A stretch of DNA of 45,951 bases, from the IMG/VR virus record IMGVR_UViG_3300045988_098044; one strand, given 5' to 3'. Each line of letters opens with the position of its first letter. The stretch's first letter is position 1. This document shows positions 40,181 through 45,951 of this stretch, one piece after another. This stretch comes from a virus. Under the pieces are notes generated by a model that searched no databases, had not been told where the DNA came from, and saw only the letters and a program-made list of their open reading frames with translations. Position numbers and translations under genes: made by a program.

Positions 40181-40419
40181 GCAATATATTATTTGTAGTG
40201 ATGTATGGTATTGCAAAAACATCACTGGGACTATGCGGAGCAACAACGGCTATATATTTATTAATTTTTTGTGTTGATCTGGTAGTAAATCGTACATTAC
40301 AGGAATTTAAAAATGATAAAAATATACAAAAAGTTTTAAAAATTGCAATGTTATCATCTTATGTATGTGTGTTATCAACTGTATTTTGTGCGATAATTGC
40401 AGGATTTAAAGGAGTTTAA
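40177..40419 (+). CDS. Hypothetical membrane protein (GTG start)
   Basis: Three hydrophobic segments; GTGA overlap with the upstream gene. Confidence 0.5.
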   Translation: MSNILFVVMYGIAKTSLGLCGATTAIYLLIFCVDLVVNRTLQEFKNDKNIQKVLKIAMLSSYVCVLSTVFCAIIAGFKGV

Positions 40420-40420
40420 A

Positions 40421-40588
40421 ATGAATAATCAAGACTTATATACCCTATGTACATTAATACCGCCTATGGATGATTACAGCGGTCACAATATGTATCTATG
40501 CGGTAAACGTGACGGATTCAACGAGTGTGTGCAGACGTTAAAAGAAAATCTGGAAAGCATCAGCGAGGAGCAGGGACATGAATCGTGA
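40421..40588 (+). CDS. Hypothetical 55-aa protein; start refined to ATG 40421
   Basis: AAAGGAG RBS 6 nt upstream. Confidence 0.5.
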   Translation: MNNQDLYTLCTLIPPMDDYSGHNMYLCGKRDGFNECVQTLKENLESISEEQGHES

Positions 40589-40727
40589 TCAGTTCCAAAA
40601 GTGGATAGCCTTATTTGAGTACGTGAACGGCTCATATATACCTTATATCCAGTGCAAGGATAAAGAACACGCATTAAGTTGTATAAATGTCTTAGAACGT
40701 CTGTCAGTGCCTTTTGACGTGATATAA
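40578..40727 (+). CDS. Hypothetical 49-aa protein (below the track cutoff)
   Basis: GAGGAG RBS 8 nt upstream; ends at a bidirectional terminator. Confidence 0.4.
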   Translation: MNRDQFQKWIALFEYVNGSYIPYIQCKDKEHALSCINVLERLSVPFDVI

Positions 40728-40732
40728 AAAAG

Positions 40733-40756
40733 AGCCGTAGGTTAATTCCTACGGCT
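40733..40756. terminator. Bidirectional terminator (AGCCGTAGG-TTAATT-CCTACGGCT) between convergent genes
   Basis: 9-bp stem. An A-run lies on the plus side, so the minus-strand reading is followed by CTTTTTTAT. Confidence 0.7.
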
Positions 40757-40760
40757 TATT

Positions 40761-41003
40761 CTATGCGTTCAAATACAAATTTCTTAATGATTCATTATCT
40801 GGATAATCTAAATCTAACCACTTGCCAAAAGCTTCTGGATTTCTCTTTTCTAGTTCATCCATAATCCAACCACGAACCATGGATAATTCGAGGCTGATTG
40901 GTACATCTTCGGTCATGTCAAATTCTTTTATAAGTTGTTCGGTTGATAATCTGCTTAACATGGCTCTTGCGTTCTTTTCTGCGTTCTTAGTCATATTTCC
41001 CAA
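40761..41003 (-). CDS. Hypothetical 80-aa protein (TTG start)
   Basis: GAGGG RBS 7 nt upstream; last gene of the reverse operon. Confidence 0.55.
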   Translation of the reverse strand: MGNMTKNAEKNARAMLSRLSTEQLIKEFDMTEDVPISLELSMVRGWIMDELEKRNPEAFGKWLDLDYPDNESLRNLYLNA

Positions 41004-41041
41004 CTTTCTGCCCTCGTAACCTCCGGGGTGGGTGGTGTATG

Positions 41042-41302
41042 TTATGCAGGTATTACAAGACTGTCACGATCAGCCTTGACAAGACGATTTTTATTAAGTC
41101 TATCTTTCCACTGTTCAACAAGTGATTCATGGAGCTTTAAGGCTTCTTGCTTGCTGCAGGTTGTATAAGAATCAATTTCTTCAAAATCATCCATATACAT
41201 TACAACGGTTTGGTATTCGTGTAATACTTCCACATAAGCTGTGGAAATAATACATTCTGTTTGATGTAACCAAAATTTGTGTCTTGCGATTACTTTATTC
41301 AT
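41042..41302 (-). CDS. Hypothetical 86-aa protein; start refined to ATG 41302
   Basis: AGGAGGGA RBS 8 nt upstream. Confidence 0.6.
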   Translation of the reverse strand: MNKVIARHKFWLHQTECIISTAYVEVLHEYQTVVMYMDDFEEIDSYTTCSKQEALKLHESLVEQWKDRLNKNRLVKADRDSLVIPA

Positions 41303-41507
41303 TTTCAATCCCTCCTAAAATCTTTTTACAAGCTTCTACATATCCGTCTGGAAGTGTTTCAGTGTTCATCTTCCCACCGTTTGCTCTCCATTCGAGATAT
41401 TTTTTAACTTCTTCTTTTTCTTCTTCCAGTTCGTAAATAAATTCTTCATAAGAAACGAAGTCCTCATTTTCGACTAACTTTTCAATTTCTTTTCTTAATT
41501 CTTTCAT
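41295..41507 (-). CDS. Hypothetical acidic 70-aa protein
   Basis: AGGAGAAAAG RBS; first gene of the reverse operon. Confidence 0.6.
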   Translation of the reverse strand: MKELRKEIEKLVENEDFVSYEEFIYELEEEKEEVKKYLEWRANGGKMNTETLPDGYVEACKKILGGIENE

Positions 41508-41551
41508 CTTCTTTTCTCCTTTTTAAATGTTTTTCGTTTATCTTTAACTAG

Positions 41552-41580
41552 AGTATAAATGATTTTAGTTTAAATGTCAA
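41552..41580 (-). promoter_or_regulatory. Promoter: TTGACA, 17-nt spacer, TATACT (minus strand)
   Basis: Reverse complement read directly. Confidence 0.6.
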
Positions 41581-41603
41581 TGATAAAAATAAACTTTTTT
41601 CGT

Positions 41604-41632
41604 TTGACATATGATATATTTTAAATTATAAT
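41604..41632 (+). promoter_or_regulatory. Promoter: TTGACA, 17-nt spacer, TATAAT (perfect consensus)
   Basis: Read directly; back-to-back with the minus-strand promoter. Confidence 0.65.
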
Positions 41633-41661
41633 GATTTAAAAACAGAAAAGAGGTGTGGTTG

Positions 41662-41907
41662 ATGGAATACAATATAAACTTTACTTACAAGGACAACAAG
41701 CAATTAAAAGAAATCTACAAAGAACTACTAAAAAGGAACGGCATGACAATGACAGAAGCGTCACAGCTCTTAGGATTGTCAACACCGCAGCAGCTAAACA
41801 ACAAATTTAATAATAAAAAAGTATCCTTAAGTGATTTAAAGGATTTTTTGGGTATAATGGGATATGATTACGAGATAATAATAAAAAAGAGATCTGGGAG
41901 CTTTTGA
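41662..41907 (+). CDS. Small HTH DNA-binding protein (putative regulator); start refined to ATG 41662
   Basis: GAGGTG RBS 6 nt upstream; MTMTEASQLLGLSTPQQLNNKF. Confidence 0.55.
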   Translation: MEYNINFTYKDNKQLKEIYKELLKRNGMTMTEASQLLGLSTPQQLNNKFNNKKVSLSDLKDFLGIMGYDYEIIIKKRSGSF

Positions 41908-41923
41908 GTTCTTCCAGATCTCT
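41888..41923. terminator. Bidirectional terminator (AGAGATCTGG / CCAGATCTCT) between convergent genes
   Basis: 10-bp perfect stem; A-run upstream and TTT downstream. Confidence 0.6.
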
Positions 41924-41927
41924 TTTA

Positions 41928-42401
41928 CTATGCAATTCTTGAAACATTGGAAGTCTTTACTTTTTCACTTCCGTATTTTCTTTGAATGTCCTCGAAAGAC
42001 ATTTTCTTTTTATGCCACTTTCCAGATGGCTCTGTTGAGAAGTGCCACTTTTTACGATTCTTAGACCACTTAAAGCCTAACTTCTTTAGCTCTTCTTTGT
42101 ACGGGAATGTATTACCATCTACCCAAATCCAAGAGCCTACTACCTCGATATTTACACCATCGAAAGAAACAATATTATTAATAACATTTCTTAAGGCTTC
42201 GTCTGCCTTGTAATCAAATGTATTTTTCTTTTCTTCTTCTGGTGTCTGCCCTGCCTTGAACATGTCAAACAGTTTCTTGTATTCGGCTGTAATCTCTTGA
42301 CATGTAACAACGTCTCCACCGTTGTCCGGGTGGTTGGCTACCATTAATTTTTTGTATTCTTTTCTGAGTTCCTGTAAGTTTTTGGCTGTAAAATATTTCA
42401 T
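41928..42401 (-). CDS. J-domain (DnaJ-like, HPD motif) protein
   Basis: LRKEYKKLMVANHPDNGGD; strong AGGAGGTG RBS. Confidence 0.75.
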   Translation of the reverse strand: MKYFTAKNLQELRKEYKKLMVANHPDNGGDVVTCQEITAEYKKLFDMFKAGQTPEEEKKNTFDYKADEALRNVINNIVSFDGVNIEVVGSWIWVDGNTFPYKEELKKLGFKWSKNRKKWHFSTEPSGKWHKKKMSFEDIQRKYGSEKVKTSNVSRIA

Positions 42402-42432
42402 GATAACACCTCCTAAATTGTCTAGCAGAGAC

Positions 42433-42600
42433 TTATAAAATCTCTGCTAAGCTAATAACCTGTGATTCTGATAAATTATCCATGACGATCTCGTCTCCTT
42501 TGTGGAGTTCGAATCTGTCTGGAAAAGTTCCGAACCATCCGTCAAACTGATTGTCAATGTAGTATCCTTTTGATTCTAATTTTTTGATTGCTTCTTTCAT
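42433..42600 (-). CDS. Hypothetical 55-aa protein co-transcribed with the J-domain gene (below the track cutoff)
   Basis: AAAGGAGA RBS 7 nt upstream of ATG 42600. Confidence 0.5.
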   Translation of the reverse strand: MKEAIKKLESKGYYIDNQFDGWFGTFPDRFELHKGDEIVMDNLSESQVISLAEIL

Positions 42601-42646
42601 CTTATTATCTCCTTTTCTGATTGCTTTGTTCTCTTAATTTACTTTT

Positions 42647-42675
42647 ATTATACATAAAATCTATGCATATGTCAA
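42647..42675 (-). promoter_or_regulatory. Promoter: TTGACA, 17-nt spacer, TATAAT (minus strand, perfect consensus)
   Basis: Reverse complement read directly. Confidence 0.6.
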
Positions 42676-42683
42676 TGAAAAAG

Positions 42684-42700
42684 TACATAAAAATTATGTA
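42684..42700. promoter_or_regulatory. 17-bp palindromic operator TACATAA-AAA-TTATGTA between divergent promoters
   Basis: Perfect 7-bp inverted repeat; second copy at 43006..43022. Confidence 0.6.
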
Positions 42701-42708
42701 TAAAATTC

Positions 42709-42737
42709 TTGAAGTAAAATTATTGGTATGATATAAT
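42709..42737 (+). promoter_or_regulatory. Promoter: TTGAAG, 17-nt spacer, TGaTATAAT
   Basis: Read directly. Confidence 0.55.
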
Positions 42738-42758
42738 AATTAAAAAGGAGGGAAAAGA

Positions 42759-42989
42759 ATGATAAAATACAAATTAGATGTGCAGGAAGAATTAAAGAAA
42801 AAAGGATACACTTCTTATATAATAAGAAAAAACAAGTATTTAAGCGAGGGAACACTTGCAAAGATAAAGCGAGGAGAACCAATAAATATGAAAAGCCTTA
42901 ATGCTATTTGCTGTATGCTTAGAAAAAATGTAAATGATGTAATAGAAGTAGAAATAACAGATGATGAAAAAATAAAATATTTTATTTGA
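42759..42989 (+). CDS. XRE-family HTH regulator (76 aa)
   Basis: AAAGGAGGG RBS; YLSEGTLAKIKRGEPINMKSLNAICCML. Confidence 0.7.
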   Translation: MIKYKLDVQEELKKKGYTSYIIRKNKYLSEGTLAKIKRGEPINMKSLNAICCMLRKNVNDVIEVEITDDEKIKYFI

Positions 42990-42997
42990 AAAAAGTG

Positions 42998-43026
42998 TTG
43001 ACTTATACATAAATATTATGTATAAT
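42998..43026 (+). promoter_or_regulatory. Promoter TTGACT, 17-nt spacer, TATAAT, with the palindrome TACATAA-ATA-TTATGTA (43006..43022) in its spacer and -10
   Basis: Read directly. Confidence 0.6.
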
Positions 43027-43072
43027 AAAGACAGTTAAAGGAGATAAGCAAAAAGAAAAGGAGATATGAGTC

Positions 43073-43345
43073 ATGAAAAAATTAGTAGAAGAAATCAAAA
43101 AAGAACTTGTAAACGAGGAAATGAGCTTCACAGATTTAGATAACTTCATGATGGAATCTGGATACTACAGTGTATTCGATGATGGAGCTACAGAAAACAT
43201 CAAACAGGATGGGAATGTGGTGTATACAGCTACAGACTCTAACGAGTGCGAAGTGCAGATTTTCTTCGAGATCACAACAGATAACGGAGAAGATGAAGCA
43301 GAAGAAGCATTTTACTTAAAAGTAACAGATGTGCAGGAGTTCTAA
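43073..43345 (+). CDS. Strongly acidic 90-aa protein; function unknown
   Basis: AAAGGAGA RBS; D/E-rich sequence (..DNGEDEAEEAF..). Confidence 0.65.
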   Translation: MKKLVEEIKKELVNEEMSFTDLDNFMMESGYYSVFDDGATENIKQDGNVVYTATDSNECEVQIFFEITTDNGEDEAEEAFYLKVTDVQEF

Positions 43346-43346
43346 T

Positions 43347-44081
43347 ATGAGAACAAAATGGTTAGAAATGCAGGGCAAGACAGTAAACGGATTCAAAATA
43401 TTGGATGTGTATAGAGAAAATAAACGGACAATAGTAAAAGTTGTTTGCCCTGCTTGCGGTAAAGTGTTTACGACAAGAGCGGAACACATAAAGAACGGCA
43501 AAGATTGTGGGTGCACTACCAGAAAAAAGATGAATGATTTAACTGGTAGAAAATTTGGTAGGCTCACAGCAATAGAGCCTACAGGAAAAAAAGCATCTAA
43601 CGGTGCTATTATTTGGAAGTGCATTTGCGATTGCGGAAATGTAAATTTTGTTGACAGCGGAAGTCTTACAAAAGGAAGAGTACAAAGCTGCGGATGTCTA
43701 AGAAAACCGCATGAAATAGAACAGGGAAAAAGGATAGCCGCAGAAACAAAGAAACAGTGCATAGATGGGACTAGCATTAGAAATCTAACAATGAAAATAT
43801 CTAAAGCGAACAAATCTGGTATAAAAGGCGTATCTTGGGACAAAAACAGAAATAAGTGGGTTGCACAAATAACATTTAAAGGTAAAAATTACAATCTTGG
43901 GAGATATAACAATAAAGAAGATGCAAGAGAAGCAAGAGAGAAAGCTGAAAAAGAAATGTTCGGGAAATTTTTAGAAGAGCATAAAGAGTATGTAAAGGAT
44001 AGAAAAGGAGATATGAGTCATGAAAAAAGAATTTTGGGAAAGAGTAAAGTGGGAAAGAATAGTGGATACGAGAAAATATAG
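43347..44081 (+). CDS. AP2-domain DNA-binding protein with N-terminal Cys-rich repeats; start refined to ATG 43347
   Basis: SGIKGVSWDKNRNKWVAQITFKGKNYNLGRYNNKEDA matches the AP2 pattern; FGRLTAIE..WKCICDCGN..SCGC repeats. Confidence 0.7.
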   Translation: MRTKWLEMQGKTVNGFKILDVYRENKRTIVKVVCPACGKVFTTRAEHIKNGKDCGCTTRKKMNDLTGRKFGRLTAIEPTGKKASNGAIIWKCICDCGNVNFVDSGSLTKGRVQSCGCLRKPHEIEQGKRIAAETKKQCIDGTSIRNLTMKISKANKSGIKGVSWDKNRNKWVAQITFKGKNYNLGRYNNKEDAREAREKAEKEMFGKFLEEHKEYVKDRKGDMSHEKRILGKSKVGKNSGYEKI

Positions 44082-44196
44082 ATATGTATTAGACGATGAT
44101 GTAAGACTCGAAAGGCCTTTAATAAAAAGGCTACCAATCGAAGACCTAGACACGACAGCAGCTATTGACGGGTGGGAAGTTGTAAAGGAACTTTAA
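44020..44196 (+). CDS. Hypothetical 58-aa protein (below the track cutoff)
   Basis: Its 28-nt RBS/start region is identical to that of gene 43073. Confidence 0.45.
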   Translation: MKKEFWERVKWERIVDTRKYRYVLDDDVRLERPLIKRLPIEDLDTTAAIDGWEVVKEL

Positions 44197-44198
44197 AA

Positions 44199-45017
44199 AT
44201 GAAATATAGAACAAAAAAGGCTTGTTTGGATTGCGGCAAGCCTTTCTATGGTAGTACAGATAAGTTGTATTGCGACGAATGCGCAAAAAAAAGAAAATCT
44301 AATGTGATGAGGATTAGGGTGTGTAGGATGTGTGGCAAAGAATTTCTTGGAGGCCCTCGAGCTTTTTATTGTCCAGATTGTAGAATTATACGAACCAAAG
44401 AAGCACAAAAAAGATTTAGGCAAGGAAAGACCGCTAAAAGGAAGCTTGGGAGTGTCGATAAGTGCGAGCTATGCGGAAACGAATATATTGTAATGGCAGG
44501 GCGGCAAAAATATTGTTCTGAAAAATGCCAGCACGAAGCAGGCTTATTATTGCAAAAAGAATATAAAAGTGCTTATAATAAAGAGACAGAACAGACAAAA
44601 AAGAAATTGGAAAAGAACAGCAAAAAACAAAAAATTTGCGAATACTGCGGTAAAAAATTCCAATCCAAAGTTGCAAGTAACACTTGTAGTGATTACTGCC
44701 GACACAAACAAGCGCAGATCAGAAACGCAAGGGCGCGGATTAATCGGGGCGAGAAAACAAATCTTGACACGCTGTTGAAAGAAAGAGACGAGTATAGAAA
44801 CAAAGTAAGCAATAATAAAGGAGGTACGCGGATGAATGTAAAAAACAAATATGGGAAAGAAATTGATTTTGACGAAGCGCTAAAATCAATGGATGCAGAT
44901 TTAAGAGAAAGCGTGGCGTATGAATTGAGCCTTTCGTCTGATCAAGAATTTTTTGACAAGTACGCCGAGGCACATAAAAAAAAATTCGGGACCACTTGGG
45001 AACCAGATCGAGAATAA
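44199..45017 (+). CDS. Protein with four CxxCG..(Y)CxxC zinc-ribbon repeats plus a C-terminal module that has its own internal RBS/ATG (44832)
   Basis: Repeats CLDCGK..CDEC, CRMCGK..CPDC, CELCGN..CSEKC, CEYCGK..CSDYC. AAAGGAGG RBS 7 nt before the in-frame ATG 44832. Confidence 0.65.
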   Translation: MKYRTKKACLDCGKPFYGSTDKLYCDECAKKRKSNVMRIRVCRMCGKEFLGGPRAFYCPDCRIIRTKEAQKRFRQGKTAKRKLGSVDKCELCGNEYIVMAGRQKYCSEKCQHEAGLLLQKEYKSAYNKETEQTKKKLEKNSKKQKICEYCGKKFQSKVASNTCSDYCRHKQAQIRNARARINRGEKTNLDTLLKERDEYRNKVSNNKGGTRMNVKNKYGKEIDFDEALKSMDADLRESVAYELSLSSDQEFFDKYAEAHKKKFGTTWEPDRE

Positions 45018-45047
45018 AAAGAGTGTAAACAAAGGCACTTTCTACTA

Positions 45048-45056
45048 TGGTATAAT
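45048..45056 (+). promoter_or_regulatory. Extended -10 element TGgTATAAT
   Basis: Sequence match only; the -35 is poor. Confidence 0.3.
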
Positions 45057-45093
45057 TATATTAGATAATAATCATAGTTGGGAGGTGCCTTTT

Positions 45094-45270
45094 TTGATTA
45101 ATAACAAACTAAAGAATTGCTGTAACGATTGCGTGTACTGCGAGATCGTGACGGAGACAAAGAGAAGAGCAATCCCAGAGAACAAAACAGAAGTGGTACT
45201 GGTAAACATAAAGTGTAGTCATATGTGTGTATGCAGTAAGTACAAGAAAGAGGTGCAGGATGGAAGATAA
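45094..45270 (+). CDS. Cys-rich 58-aa protein (TTG start)
   Basis: GGAGGTG RBS 6 nt upstream; CCNDCVYC..C..C.C. Confidence 0.5.
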   Translation: MINNKLKNCCNDCVYCEIVTETKRRAIPENKTEVVLVNIKCSHMCVCSKYKKEVQDGR

Positions 45271-45430
45271 AAGTGTATGCTGTGCTGAATGTATGTATCT
45301 TTTAGGAAACGATACAAAAGACTACTATGAGTGCAACGTGGGAAAGTATGACAGAATATACAACGCATATCTATGCACCTGCGACAAATATAAAAGCAGG
45401 AATCCAAGCACAAAAGAATATAAGAGATAA
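45260..45430 (+). CDS. Cys-rich 56-aa protein
   Basis: GAGGTG RBS at short spacing; CCAEC..C..CTC. Confidence 0.45.
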   Translation: MEDKSVCCAECMYLLGNDTKDYYECNVGKYDRIYNAYLCTCDKYKSRNPSTKEYKR

Positions 45431-45432
45431 TA

Positions 45433-45524
45433 ACAGATCGTTAGAGGTGGTAAAATTCGTTGCAACCACGCACCCTATGGGTTAAAAGAGATGCAAGAGA
45501 TGTGACGCTTGCCTAACGGTCTGT
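45433..45524 (+). other. 92-nt multi-hairpin element closed by a 12-13-bp stem (ACAGATCGTTAG / CTAACGGTCTGT)
   Basis: The closing stem has one G-U pair. Inner hairpins GTGGT/ACCAC and GCAAG/CTTGC. Intergenic, about 300 nt upstream of the terminase ORF. Confidence 0.5.
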
Positions 45525-45559
45525 TTAAATATATATAAACCTAGAAAGGATGTGAGAAG

Positions 45560-45835
45560 ATGAATCTAAATAGAATTATGCGAAAACTACAAAGAGCAAT
45601 AGTATCAAACGGATTTGTAATAAGTTTAGATACAACACAATTCTATTCAGAGGACCAGAAGCGAATGATAACAATGTACATCCTGTCTATAAAAGTATAT
45701 GAGAATACAAGAAAAGGTTGGAAAGATACACGGTATGAGATACTAAGAACCGCTTCACAGGTCGATATAATTAAATGCTTGTCTGACATATGGGCAAGCA
45801 TACGAGAAAGGAATGGGCAAATAAATGCGGAATGA
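45560..45835 (+). CDS. Hypothetical 91-aa protein immediately upstream of the terminase
   Basis: AAAGGATGTGAG RBS. Confidence 0.6.
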   Translation: MNLNRIMRKLQRAIVSNGFVISLDTTQFYSEDQKRMITMYILSIKVYENTRKGWKDTRYEILRTASQVDIIKCLSDIWASIRERNGQINAE

Positions 45836-45951
45836 ACTTACACAGAAGCAAAGAACATTTGCTCATGCATGGATTAAAAACGGTGGGAATGATTATCAAG
45901 CCGCTATCGAAGCAGGATATTCCCCTGCAACAGCGAAGAACGCAAAAAAGA
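45825..45951 (+). CDS. terL: N-terminus of the terminase ORF (continues at nt 100 of the window after the 99-nt overlap is removed)
   Basis: ATG 45825 is preceded by an in-frame TAA. Same phase as 3..1604, because the 45852 offset is divisible by 3. Confidence 0.8.
   Translation, partial: MRNELTQKQRTFAHAWIKNGGNDYQAAIEAGYSPATAKNAKK
45853..45951. repeat. Terminal direct repeat, copy 2 (identical to 1..99)
   Basis: 99/99 identity. Confidence 0.95.

Larger units (their letters stand above)
1..45951 (+). mobile_element. Complete temperate tailed-phage (siphovirus-like) genome, circularly closed; unique length 45,852 bp
   Basis: Exact 99-nt overlap of the window ends. One full set of packaging, head, tail, lysis, integration, immunity and replication modules. 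Confidence 0.85.

Noticed and set aside
43316-43843. 175-aa minus-strand ORF
   Set aside because: It is fully antisense to the AP2-domain gene, which has clear motifs and an RBS. It has no RBS or promoter of its own, so it is a shadow ORF.
1-45951. CRISPR arrays, stop-codon recoding or non-standard genetic code
   Set aside because: No regularly spaced direct repeats with unique spacers were seen. All major genes are intact with the standard code. The two unusual in-frame fusions involve missing stops, not in-frame stops.

Overview
The window is one complete, circularly closed temperate tailed-phage genome. It is siphovirus-like and has Gram-positive/Clostridia-style GGAGG ribosome-binding sites. 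The first 99 nt are repeated exactly at the end, so the unique length is 45,852 bp. Gene order, part 1: a terminase ORF that spans the junction and fuses a small-subunit-like HTH domain to the large subunit, then portal and a MuF-like minor capsid protein. Next comes an insulated non-coding island with tRNA(CAU) and a six-gene accessory cassette (6030-9014), followed by scaffold, major capsid, connectors, tail tube, chaperones, tape measure, Dit-like and Tal-like proteins. Part 2: a tail fibre with a C-terminal metallophosphoesterase, holin, CHAP endolysin, an attP that matches the 3' part of a tRNA-Lys(UUU), then on the minus strand integrase, a double zinc-ribbon gene and ImmA/XRE repressor. 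Part 3: a Cro-like gene, small membrane genes, ERF, RusA, a replication organizer with internal iterons, and many small early ORFs. Part 4: mixed-orientation accessory units (a 3-gene reverse operon, a J-domain operon, an HTH/palindromic-operator/acidic-protein unit), then AP2 and 4x zinc-ribbon proteins and Cys-rich mini-ORFs upstream of the terminase. The best candidate for an undescribed system is the 6-gene cassette inserted in the head module. It encodes Q/N-rich proteins, a CCC-triplet membrane protein, a C1q/BclA_C-like protein and a ferritin-like protein. Other candidates are the shared TGGAAC iteron arrays, the acr/aca-like unit near 42.6-43.3 kb and the promoter-leader-terminator units. 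All functional calls rest on motif recognition by eye and gene order; no database search was run.
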